64,000 nt of DNA from Kondoa subrosea. Taxonomy: Eukaryota. Below are positions 15,645-27,101 of the stretch, one piece after another. A program made the translations under genes and the position numbers. The stretch is taken from the NCBI GenBank assembly GCA_039545335.1, contig BCIN01000003.1, positions 124,001 to 188,000 on the forward strand. Direction: 5' to 3'. A model generated the notes under the pieces. The model was not told where the DNA came from, searched no databases, and was given only the letters and a program-made list of their open reading frames with translations. The stretch's first letter is position 1; every line of letters starts with the position of its first letter.

Positions 15645-16920
15645 GCACGGCTTTTCGAACCTGCCTTCTGCTTCTCCGCTCGTCGTCATATCGATGTGTT
15701 GATGGGCAAAAGAAAAGCCACAAGAGGCACTTGCTCATCACAAGAATTGTCACAAGAAGATCAAGCTTAATCGGACTCATTCTGCCTTGCGCTGGCTATT
15801 TACTCTTTGCCTCGTTGAGTCTTGACCACGTACTACCAACTTTGCATTTCCACCTACACGCTCATTTGTCGAACCACATGCCCTTCACTTTAAACTACTT
15901 CATTCGTTTAATGAGAAGCCTAAGGCTGAGCAAGAACAGGAAGTCTGTTTGCTACACCAGAGGCGAAGAGCGCATTCGTACAGTCTCGTTATCGGCCAAC
16001 ACCTTGGACATTCATTTAGACTTGGAAGAAGATCTCTTTGCGTGAGTTGCAAGCCTGCTGAGCTGAATATACTTGGACTAACTACCGCAACAGACCTGCT
16101 TCTTCTCCACCTTCTTTCTCCAAACGCTCCTCTTCCTCTGCACCACCAAGCTATCGCAGCCGGTCTTCTTCTGCTCAATCCACCTCAACTACTTCAAGCT
16201 CAAGCTCACCACCCAAGAAATCAAGTTTTGTCGCCCGTCGATTATCTTTTCGCAAGAAATCAGGCCGCAGTCTCAGTCAAGCACCATCTTTGCCAGTTAC
16301 GCACGAACAACCATCAAGAAGCCCTTCGCCAATTCATGATGCTCGATTGGACGACATTTACCTCTTTGACGAAGATCTAGACAGCTTTTCTTACGCTCCT
16401 TCACCTGTTAGAAAACCTTCTCTGCGTCAAACAAATAGCTGTCCACTTCTTTCGAACCGCAATACCAACTCTTTTCGTCAGTCTACTGCTTCTGAACTTA
16501 CCCTTCGACCAACTCATGACAGAAGATTGCAAAGCAATGTCTTTGACCAAGATGATATCGATCTCGGATTAAGGACTCGCTCAGAATTGAGAATGGCTTT
16601 CCCTTTGCATTCAACTTATGAAAGAGAAATCGATTCAGATGATGAGGAGGAAGAGGAATCCGGTGCTAGCGGATCATGCGAGACGTCACATCGATCTAGA
16701 AGGAGTAGTTCGGGTACTTCAAGCGATGCGTTTTCCGTTGTTACTATGAGTGATGCGCATCAGAATGGTTGGAGTGAAGATGTCTTCGGTAAAGTAAGAA
16801 GAGATGAGCAGCATGATAGGTGAATCCAACTTTATCTTGAGGTATATCAGATTGACGATAATTTCCAATAGTTGGGCCACTTTTGGCAGATGAAAGGACA
16901 ATATCAAGGCAGAAAAATGT
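15645..16920. repeat. Inner right arm of inverted duplication
   Basis: Reverse complement of 9348-10620. No mismatch seen over 15681-16505, then about 40 mismatches in the next ~315 bp (hand count). Confidence 0.97.
15878..16893 (+). CDS. Ser/Pro-rich low-complexity hypothetical protein, right copy (3 exons)
   Basis: Exons 15878-16041, 16094-16819 and 16872-16893. Paralog of 9374-10387; many substitutions in the diverged part are synonymous and the frame is intact. Confidence 0.75.
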
Positions 16921-17189
16921 AAAACCAAAAACTCTTTCATTTCATTGGATATAGCTTCACCATCTGCTACGATTGCGGCAATTCTGGGGGACATGCAAGT
17001 TGTACGTAATGACTGATCTAATACTTGCTTCAAGGCTCTCTATATGAGACGCCTTTCTTCCCTTTCTTCTATTTCGAAACGCGATTCTGTTTTTCGTATC
17101 TTCCTCTTCCGTTAACGACGTATTCTGCGCATCTATCACGTCTTATATTTCTCTTGCCCTCAATCAAATCATTACTATATTTCGTCATT

Positions 17190-17881
17190 ATGTCTTCAGT
17201 TCCCAATCCAGATTTCCTAAGCAGAGGCAGCTGCGTAAGTTGCTGATTATTTGGCCTGACTTTTGTGTCTGCTGATTCGCTTGAACAGTTGCAATGTGTT
17301 AACGTATGCTATTCACTCATATCTATATTTCATCTTTCGAAACTGAAAGCCCGGTTAGGCCAAACAATCGTGCCATGGAGGCAATGTTGGGCAGCGGCAA
17401 CACTGTAGTTAGTCGTCTTGGCCAATTTGTCTTCGAATCTGATGGCAATACCTTACAGGCGTTTGCCCGCCGGCTCAGGGATGCAGCTTTGGCCTTGGGC
17501 ACACTTATGGAACGTTTATTCACGTAACTCTGATTACTTTCTATCGATTCTCTCATTTACGCTCATGGCTTTAGAACATCCAACCAAAGGCATCAGTACA
17601 GCACAGCATATGTATCCCCCTTCTCAAGCCGTGAGTAAAGCTTCTCGTTGTCTGGACCGGAAATACAGCTGATATTTTCACGTAGCCTCCTCTCGGTCCT
17701 CCTCCTCGACCCTTCACTGTTGGTTCGCCTTCAACCCCCATTGCGCCACAGTCCGAGGCCGAGAAACAACAACAAGCCGCATGTCGAAGAGGATATGATA
17801 ATTATGCTGCCTTACATGGTACCCATGGCGAGATGGGCGACCCTAATCATCGGGTCTAGTCGGTTCAGCAATGGCTTGTAA
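17190..17881 (+). CDS. Small Zn(II)2Cys6-motif protein unique to the right arm; 3' exon structure uncertain
   Basis: Exons 17190-17234, 17289-17303, 17359-17407 and 17459-... (introns 54, 55, 51 nt) splice to MSSVPNPDFLSRGSCLQCVNAKQSCHGGNVGQRQHCSVCPPAQGCSF = C-x2-C-x6-C-x10-C-x2-C-x5-C. A downstream Pro-rich exon lies near 17686-17860. Confidence 0.65.
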
Positions 17882-18264
17882 GTCTACATCGAGAATTGGG
17901 TCAGACTAATCTGACTTCTGTTCAGCTGTAGCTCTATTCTCGCTGCTCACCTTTTTTGCTGTTCTTGTATTTCGCTTTTTTCTTCTTTCGTGACATTATT
18001 CTGTCTGCTTTTAAACCTTCCCGAATCGTCCCATCATTGCATAGGCCATTACAGCCTTCAAAGCATAGCCTGCACCAGAAGTGGAGTTTCAGTTCTTTGC
18101 TGTGCCTATCTCGGTACTGTACTTTTGCCTTTCCCTTGAGTTTCGCCCGATCGGGGAAGTGAATCATGTCGTGCCCCGAACTCGTGCCTAATCAAATGAT
18201 ATCGAGTATGTGCGTGTGTACTGAATGCTCTATGCAACATGCAAAGAGACTCCTATCTCATCAG

Positions 18265-18271
18265 TATAAAA
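18265..18271 (+). promoter_or_regulatory. Putative TATA box of the right CPL1-like gene (counterpart near 7947-7954 on the minus strand)
   Basis: TATAAAA ~130 bp upstream of ATG 18400, retained in both paralogous promoters. Confidence 0.45.
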
Positions 18272-18399
18272 TGCTCTGCTTTTGCTGTTTGCTCTCCATT
18301 CTCATTCTTATCTTCAATCCTTTTCATCCTCTCTTTGCATTACAAGTAAGTTCCCGAGTCACTGTTTCTACTACGTATGCTGATTGAAAGACAGAAAGC

Positions 18400-19237
18400 A
18401 TGTTCAGCAGCTTCTTCCCAATTCTCTTGACCGCCTTCACTATCGCTCGAATGGCTACATCTTCTCCCATTCAGATAACACCAACAGAGAAGATCGCAGA
18501 GAGACAATTGAATGGTCGAGCGTGAGTTCTTCTTCTTTGAATATCACCATGACATGACTTACTTTCTCGAAACAGTATCGCTTCAACTATCGTCTATGCC
18601 AAAACCTTGCTAGGCGATGTCTGCTTGGACGTAGCAGTTGGTAACAATCCACAGAACATTCCACTCATCCAAGCTCAGGCTAATGTCGCGGTAAGCTTTA
18701 CTCTCTGCTACAAGTAGACTGGAACTCATTCATTCCTTCGCGTTTAGCTCGGCGGTCTAGCAGAGATTCAGATTTGTCTCACTGTTCTTGGTCACGCTGT
18801 TCCAACATGCAACTCAGGCGGAAGACCATTCAGATTCGGTACCGGTTGCGGATATATTTGCGAACCAAACTATACCAAAACTTCTTCTGGCACTTGTGTT
18901 CCTAACAATCCATCAAACCCTTCTCAAGTCCCTAGGTCCAAACGAGCTTTGGCTGTCACTTCTGGTCTTTGCGAATCAAAAGAAGAAACTGCTTGTCCTT
19001 TGAAAGGAAATGGGGAATTGAGCAAGATGGATATCTTAGGGCATGACTACGTTTGCCAAGATTTAGCTACTTCTATTGAAGCTTGTGGTGCATGTGGAAA
19101 TGTTTGGTGAGTTACTTCATTTGTCTCTGCACATGGGGTTGGAGGCTGATTTATTGTTCTCTCTGATGTTCAGCTCTGGATTGGGACAAGGTTGCTGGCA
19201 AGGACGATGCATTGAATTGGAGTGGTTGAAAAAGTAG
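18400..19237 (+). CDS. Secreted Cys-rich CPL1/PriA-like protein, right copy (4 exons)
   Basis: MFSSFFPILLTAFTIARMATSS.. ends '...RSKRALAVTSGLCESKEETACPLKG...YVCQDLATSIEACGACGNVCSGLGQGCWQGRCIELEWLKK*'. Cysteines and intron positions are conserved with the left copy. Confidence 0.8.
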
Positions 19238-19553
19238 ACTTTGGATCTGAGTACTTAGATTTGTTGTACCGTATTTCACAATCGGTTTATTGTGGCTTTG
19301 GGGCTTTATGTTATTGCATTGTGATCATTCTTTCCTTTTCTTCTTCACCATTCGTGCACTCGTGAGCCGAACAATTGAAAGGAAAGCGAAGTAGCGATAG
19401 CGTTCATAAGTAAAAGACGAAAAGAACACAAACAGAGAGAGAGAAGGGCTAATAGAAAGGAAAGCACTGATCCAACATTGGCAGTACTTTGCTGTATCAA
19501 ACAACATGATGGTATTTTCTAGGTCCAATTATACAACAAAAGTGATCCCTAGA

Positions 19554-20349
19554 TCATATGAAGGAAGTCTGTCATGTCTTTTTGTCAGCACAGATTAACA
19601 CCTGAACGAACAATAAAACACTGACCAAGAACTGTTCTGCTACTATTCTGCTCCTTGCATTCAAAGATAGCTTCATTTCACTAATCTCCTTATCCACGTC
19701 TTCCATGAATCTGTGCATGTTAGAAGCTACTTCAGCTAGAAGTCAAGCAAAAGAAAAGTCCGGCCGCACTGAATGACGAAATCCACCAGTTTATGTTTCA
19801 TCATCTCTTCTGCATTCTTGTGAGTAATTAAGAAAGAAATATCATAACCTTTGATTGGTTTCCTTCTCAGTATAACAAAGTTCTCCGCTCTCATCATCAT
19901 GAATCTTGTAAATTTGTTTGCTAAAATATGTTCAATTTCATCTGCTTGTTTGATTTTGATTGAAAGTCGACATGAGTTTATAGAGGATTCGATCAAGACT
20001 TGTTCGGAGGCGTTTCTTGAAATGGTTAAGGGTGTTAAGAGTGCTTCAGGTGTCTTTCTGTCAAATCCCATAGACAACTAAGCTCGTAGAGGGGCCCAAT
20101 CAAGTACTATGCTTACCCAGTTTCGACTTCTGGTGCATTGTGTCGTTCGACGTTCTGTGAATGGAGAGCGATCAACTTATGTCACAGCGACAATTATCAA
20201 GCAGCCCACTCACCTGAGATGCAAAGTTCTCTACAGTCAGAGCAGCTGTAAGCGTTGCTCGGACGCAATTCAAGTAAGGTCGAAGGGTGTTGGACTAATT
20301 CAAATAAATCAGCGAAACTCATTCACACTCAGATGAGAGACTGTACCAT
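19554..20349 (-). CDS. ARC19: Arp2/3 complex 20 kDa subunit (ARPC4)
   Basis: 'SNTLRPYL', 'ERHNAPEVE', '[59 protein letters not shown]' and '[18 protein letters not shown]'. Confidence 0.97.
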
Positions 20350-20502
20350 GACTATAAATCCTGTCAACTCGTCGTCAGAGAGGTCAGAAGCAACAGATAC
20401 ATCGGATATTTCGGATTCGATCACGTGACATTCGCGTCTCCCAGCACAGGTTTTTTCCTACTCGTTTCTTCTCCTTTCCACGACCTTAAAACACGCGCAA
20501 AG

Positions 20503-22479
20503 ATGTCAGCTGTTACACCATTAGGACTTTTCTCTCAAGTACTCTTACCTGGAGAAAACTTTGAGCTGGAAACTATTGCTAGCGATATTCAACTTACTGG
20601 CATTTCTTTCGGTGAATCCGTTAAAGGAGAAGGTCGATCAAGTGTTAAATTACTTTACTTTGATCGATCTCATTCAAATTTTGGTTTAACTCCTGATTTT
20701 GATTCCGATGATGAAGAGGATGATGAAGACATGGATGAGAGTATGATGACGATGGATGGTGAAGAAGCTGCAGAAACGGATGATGAAGATGATTCTGGTG
20801 CTGTTGATGAACAAGCTCTGAAAGCTGCAATGAAGCAAGCTGCTGAAAAGAGAAAAGAACAAGTCGCTACTGCTACTGTACCTGGTGTTTCTCCTAGGAA
20901 ACTGGCTCAGCAAGATGATGTGCCTACTGCTGAGGGAGATGAAGAAGACAGTGAGGAGGATGACATGATGTCGGATGTGTCTGAGGATGAGATGAAGGAA
21001 GTTTTCTTGGGCAATCTCTTGCCTGGCAAAGTGCGTGCCCTTCATTGTTTTGGCCTGATGAATGCTCAGCATTGTATCGGAACGTACAGATCGAGCAAGC
21101 ACCTATCAACTTTGTTCTCAAATACATGGACACTTTCCAATTTTCAGTCACTGGTGAAAAGTAAGCATTCAACGCGTGTGTATATCTGTCTTCGATATTC
21201 ACATGTTTCTGTGGCTTACAGCCCCGTCTACATAACTGGTCAATACTGCCACATCTCACCACCCGACATGGGAAGCGATTCAGACTCGGATTCCGATTAC
21301 GCCGGAGGAGAATATGATGATTCAGAAGATGAGGACTTGTCAGACGAAGAAGGTGGTGTGTACCATCCTGAATTGGGTTTACCTATGCCTTTTAATTATG
21401 AGACTCAAGTTTCCGATGGTGAACGATTCCAAGAAATCGTTGCTGCTTCTACTGCTGAAGTTCCTTCGTGAGTCTTACTTCCATCATGTGATTAAAGTCG
21501 TTGTGATTTATTTTTGCGGGAATGAATCACAGAAAGAAGAGCAAGAAAGCTGCTGCGGCCACTAAAGCTCACACTGTTTCCGCTGATGCTCAAATGGATG
21601 ACCTATCCATGGATGTCGATGATTCAGCAAAGAAACCTGCTGCCGCTGCTGTTAACGCTGGAGATGTTTCTACTGAAGGTCTATCAAAGGTGTATATTTA
21701 TCGCGGTACTTTTCAGACTTGTTCTGATTCCTTGTTCGACATTACGCACAGAACCAAAAGAAGAAGCTCAAGAAAGCTCAACAGCAAGCAGCTAAATCAG
21801 GCGATGCTCCCGCTGCTGCTGCTCCAACTGCTGCTGCACCAACCCCAGCTGCTTCTATTACTCCAGCTGCTTCTACTAGCGCAAAGAAACCAAGCAAGAA
21901 GACTACATTACCTTCTGGTTTGATTTACGAAGATGTTAAAGCAGGTGCAGGTGCAGCTGCTAAAAAAGGACAGAAAGTCTCAATGAGGTATATCGGTAAA
22001 CTCCAGAACGGTAGCATTTTCGATTCAAAGTCAGTCTTTCCGTCTCTCACAAATACGTCAATGGGAATGAGGGCTGAAAAAGGTCGATGTTGACAGCACT
22101 AAAGGCAAACCATTTGAATTTAAATTGGGTGCTGGTCAAGTCATTAAAGGTAATGTAATGTAATGTAATGGTGCAGGAGATAAAACTAATACAAGTTTCG
22201 CTGCAAAGGTTGGGATGAAGGCGTACGTCTACCAATCATGTCATCCTTAGCTTTGTGCTAATCTGGATATTTGGTGGGGTGTACAGATCGCTGGGATGCA
22301 ACCTGGTGGAGAACGTCGTTTGACCATTCCAGCTAAACTCGCTTACGGCAAGAATGGAACGGATGGAATTCCAGGCAATGGTACGTGATCGACGGCTATA
22401 AGCTAGCTTTAGCTTACAAGTTGCATCATTTCGTACAGCTACTTTGGTCTTTGAAGTCAAATTGCTTTCCATCAAGTAG
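20503..22479 (+). CDS. FPR4: Nucleolar FK506-binding protein (nucleoplasmin-like domain, acidic tracts, C-terminal FKBP PPIase)
   Basis: Acidic N-terminal region. C-terminal exons encode '[37 protein letters not shown]', '[19 protein letters not shown]', '[19 protein letters not shown]' and '[12 protein letters not shown]'. Confidence 0.93.
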
Positions 22480-23161
22480 ATTCACGAATGGAAATCATGT
22501 GAGTCAGACACTGGTTTAGCTTGCTTTCAAGCTAATCGGGGAAGCTGATTTTCACAGAACGCCGGCTCCTCTTTCGGGTCAACGGTCTTGAGAACAAACA
22601 ACAACAAAGAAGAAAATTATGGATCCGTAGAGGATTTACCCTAATACTGAAGTCGCTCGAAGTCACAATCGTTTTTGGGATGTTTATTGCAATAGCAATG
22701 CTTTTCAGTTCCTTCTTTCTGCTCTCGTTTGTATTATCCGCGTGCTTTATCTTTAACAAATCTTGTTCTCAAGGAGTTCATTTTTTGCTCATTGGCTTCC
22801 GTGATACTGCTTTGTGCCTCTCTACTGAATCATCTTCTCGCCAACCCTGAATCAAAGGACGACCAATGCTCGCGAGATTGAATCGGCGTTCCTGCAATTT
22901 CTGGTTACTGTATTTGGATATCTACAATGTTTGGGCTTATCTTTTCTCGCTATACTACAATGAAGAAGAAGATCGAATAGGGATAATTTACATAACATAG
23001 GTTGTTTTTTGGCTTGTTGTCGTTTCTTTGAATGTAGCACCGATTGTCCAGCTGTACAGAATGTTCAATACCTTCTCTCTTTTCTTCTCTTCTCTTCTCT
23101 TCTTTTCCCTTCTATCCACAGCGGAATTCAAGTGAACCCAACTCCTTAAACCAAAGTACCA

Positions 23162-24471
23162 TCATCTTGACCCTCCACTTGAACCAAACGAATAACCTTC
23201 CAAAGAAAAACTAGCTCTTCTACTCTTCCTATCTCTCGTCTGACCAGCAGAACCACTACCCATCCCTCCTAAATTAAAGGTTGCTCCAGAACTTCTGCTA
23301 GCCGGTCTTCTGTCAATCACAGGATTTAAAACCACTATATTGGTAGGTCTGTTCGGATTGACGAAATCTAAATAATTGGAAGAACCGATATTGGCAGATC
23401 TACTTGATGATGCGGTAGAGGCAAGGTATTCTTCTCCTGGTGAAGAAAAAGTAGAATCGAAAACTTCTTGTGGTGTACGCGTTGCAAGCGATGGCATGGT
23501 GGGATCAGCTAAAGAGGAACGTCTACCAGAGTAAGAAATAGAGCGCAAAGATGGATGCTCGAGAGAAGGAGGTGGGATCAAAGAACTCGGTGATGGTCGA
23601 TTTGGCATGAGAGGTGCTCGAGCGGTTGAAGTTGACACTCTAGAAGAAGAAAGCGGGGTACGAGATGGATAGAACAGTGAAGATCGAGGTGGTGAGATGT
23701 AAGATGGTAAGGTAGGAGAAGAATAGGTGTGGTCTTCCTCTGAGATTTCCGTATCGCCTGAGCCGGTGCGAGAACGAGATCCAGGTTGATCTCCGTCCAT
23801 TGGGAAGAACAGAGGCGATTCTGGTCTGTTGATTGAGCTTCGCGATGACGAGTTTGAGATAATTGGCGAAGGTGCTCTTCTTGGACTTCCAGCGCTCGAC
23901 CCATAACTTGAACCGTAACCATCTTCTGATCCATATCTCGTACGACCTTGTATATCGATAGGACCAACACCAGCTGGAAAGCCAAAATTTCTTGGAGCTT
24001 CGCGAACTGGAGGCGGAGTGCCCGGTGAGCCATAGGACCGCTCATCCGCTATAAAGTAATTGTGAGCCAAGCCCTTGTCAGCTTGAACACAAGAAGGCTC
24101 ACAGCGAACTAGCGGCCGACCACGGCGGTGTAGCGGTTCGGAAGCTGCTTCCAACGTCTACCCACGTGGAAAAGGCATCATCTGTCAGAATTTTGTAACT
24201 GTATGAACTGGTAATGTAAACTCACAGGACGGCTTCGAGTAATGCCTGAAGTAGGTAGCTGGAATCTTGAATTGGTAGATAGATCAGAGAAGGACTCGAG
24301 AAGCTCTTGATCTGAAAAGGTGTTTGTGTTGTTTGCTGCTGAAGGTGGTGCAGCGATGGACTGCCGCTGTCAAGGGCTTTGATTTAGTCCTCGCTCATTG
24401 CTATACACGAGAGAACTCACTCTAGCCGAACGTGGTCTTGCGCTTACGCCTGGGATATCGAAGAAGGACAT
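23162..24471 (-). CDS. Ser/Pro/Arg-rich hypothetical protein, multi-exon
   Basis: ATG 24471 (MSFFDIPGVSARPRSAR|), GTGAGT donors and a long terminal exon within ORF 23162-24154. Confidence 0.65.
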
Positions 24472-24984
24472 TTGTGCAAGAAATCAGCATGAAGGTGTGA
24501 AAAGCTAAGTAGCCTGGTCGTGGTAGAGAGGAAACGATAGGTTCCCGGTTTAAGGATCAGACGCGCTCTAATCATTCATTTTACGCCTTCCGAAAGAGGG
24601 ACAGGAAAGAGGCGGAGGAGTGAAACGACAGAAGGATGAGAAGACAGAACAAGTTTGGGGCCCTTATGTCATAGTCGAGACGAGGGGGAGAGCGAGCAGA
24701 GAAAGGTTTGCTGTCAACTGTCGAAAGGTTGGAGACAAGAGAAACGTTGCTAAAGCAATCAAACCGAAAAAAGTGGCATCGAAGAATGTTTGGTAAGCAA
24801 GCTAATCTATTTCTTTCCGACCTAGAACGGCGGATATGACGCCAGTTAATGACAGTCAAGCAATCAATGTGAGGCTGAATGCATATCTTAGAGAGGGGCT
24901 GAGATTTGGTTCGCTGCAAGCAGAGAAGCTCAAACCGTGATTGAGATGGTCACGTGCTAGGGGTGCTAGTTCCGTTCTAGTCTA

Positions 24985-24987
<3 letters not shown>

Positions 24988-25037
<50 letters not shown>
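24988..25037. repeat. (CT)25 microsatellite
   Basis: Perfect CT dinucleotide run ~100 bp upstream of the LPMO ATG. Confidence 0.97.
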
Positions 25038-25041
<4 letters not shown>

Positions 25042-25139
25042 CTATTTGTTTCTCCTACTCGCGCTGCCGCTTTTCTCTTCCCTTTGTTCTCTGCTTTTCT
25101 TTCTGCCAACGAGTTTGAGCTGGTTCTTGATGTTTAGTC

Positions 25140-26963
25140 ATGTTCAAGTTTTCGGTTTCATCCCTTGCTGTCGTTACTACTCTATGCTCTCTGGCTCTGG
25201 CTCATGTCGTGAGTCGGTCACGATCTTGTTTCTTGGCTAGATGATAACTTCGAACCATTCTAAAGCGAATGGATATGCCGTGTTCTCGCTACTTTGTCTT
25301 GCCCCCTTTTCATGCCTTCTGATACTCTCTACTAGATCCTTTCAACGTAGACGCTAATAGGTTAGTTGTAATCTCATTCCGACCAGCTGATCTTCTTCCA
25401 TCGACTAAACTTTATCTTAGAGCGCCGCTATTAGATGATGGAAGGTAAGTCAATCTCTGGCTTCATACGCTTCCTTTCTGATGACGTTTTCAACAGCAAC
25501 TTTCGTAGGTGCTTTCAGAAGCTCTGGGGCCTGTTGCTGAAATTCAAAAATAGCTTGTCGAGGTCCACCGCCTTCTGGGACAGAAGCAGTCACTCTGAAA
25601 GCTGGAGAAGGCATACCATTCGGTATATTTGGCGTTTATCCTCACACAGCAGTCCGTAAGTTCTTGAGTCCGGTCGACGAAAGACGGATCTGATAGTTGC
25701 TCAGATGGCGGTGGGACATGCCGTGAGCAACGTATACGCTATAGTATAATAGCCGGTCTAATTCGAAGCAGAATGGTCTCTATCATATGACGACATGCAG
25801 AGCTTGTAAGATTCATCCTTTCAACAGAGTCATTCCTGAAATCGTTCGATAGTATGGTCATTCACACTCAAATTGGAGGATGTCCAGCTATAACAGATAC
25901 TACGGGCGCAGAACCTCAAGGATGGGCGGTAGTCAACTATACTGTTCCTATTCCTGCGAATGCCCCTCCTTCGAACAGCGCAATCTTCGCTTGGACAGTA
26001 CGTCTTTTGACCTCTTGCTAGATGTTGTACTGAAGTATCTCTCAGTGGCTGAACAAGTATGTCTACTGACCGCTCTTTTGCTCGAAATTTACATGCTCTT
26101 TTGTGCTGTCAGGCAAGGCAATCGAGTAAGTCTTTTTGTATTTGTTCAGCGTCGCTCATAGTTCATGTACTTCAGGAGTTGTATATGGACTGCGCTTTAG
26201 TCAAAATCGAGAGTTCTGGTAAAGGTTTCAAAGCCCCAGCACTCTTTCAAGCCAATGTCAACGGCCATGGAAAATGTGTTACTCCCGACACGACGGAAGT
26301 AAATATACCTAATCCTGGTTTGAGTGTTCAATATGGTAGGTCGGCTCCACAACGAGCGAGACTATGACTGATCTAGTTTGAAGGAGGTACTTATGTGTCA
26401 AAACCGCCTGGCGATACGCCTCTGACCAATTGTGATTTCGAGAACACAAAGATACTTGCAGTCGATGCTGTAAGCTGTTCTTTATCAGCAGAGAGCTTGT
26501 TGACTTTGCGATAGAGCGGCAAGATGGTTACTGAAGGTGATGATATTCAAGTGCAAGATCCTTATCCTGTCATGATCCGTGCGTCTTTTCTCGCGGCACG
26601 ATTTACCACCAGCTGATGCCAGACTTAGCTACTGCCTCACCCAGTTCCTGGCCTACTGCAACTGATCAGTCAGGCTGGACTACCACTATTCTACCTACAG
26701 CAGGTGGAAAGGGTCAAGATCAAGCCCAGAAAGCTCCTACTTTACCAACCGGTTCGGCCAAACCTTCATCCCTCTCAGCTTCAACCTCATCTGACGATTC
26801 TAATTCCGATTCTGATCAAGATGATCCTACACCTCAATCTACGAACCGTGCGAAGACGCTACTGAAGCAGACCGCTTGTCGAAGAAGTGTTATCACTCAG
26901 AGTCATGCTAGACGATTGCTGCGAAGATTCAGTCAGACCTTCGGCACAAGCTTCAAGCGATAG
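25140..26963 (+). CDS. Secreted lytic polysaccharide monooxygenase, AA11-like
   Basis: Signal peptide MFKFSVSSLAVVTTLCSLALA followed directly by His. Spliced motifs 'PLLDDGSNFPCRG', 'AVHGGGTC', 'IFAWTWLN..GNR.LYMDCA', 'PALFQANVNG..C.TP', then a Ser/Thr/Asp linker. Confidence 0.82.
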
Positions 26964-27101
26964 TTTATCGACACATCTGTAATTTATTCCATACAGTAGC
27001 CCGGGTGGCAGTAATATAGCACATTTACACGATTCATATCGCTTAACATTTTCGTACTCTACATCTTGTTTCTCTAGCGGACAGCAAGTTCACATTCGAC
27101 A

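Larger units (their letters stand above)
18122..19237. repeat. Outer right arm of inverted duplication
   Basis: Reverse complement of 6983-8096. Confidence 0.95.

Noticed and set aside
17306..17672. ORFs 17306-17527 and 17418-17672 as the product of the right unique segment
   Set aside because: They read through sequences with clear intron signals; the spliced Cys6 frame from ATG 17190 fits better.
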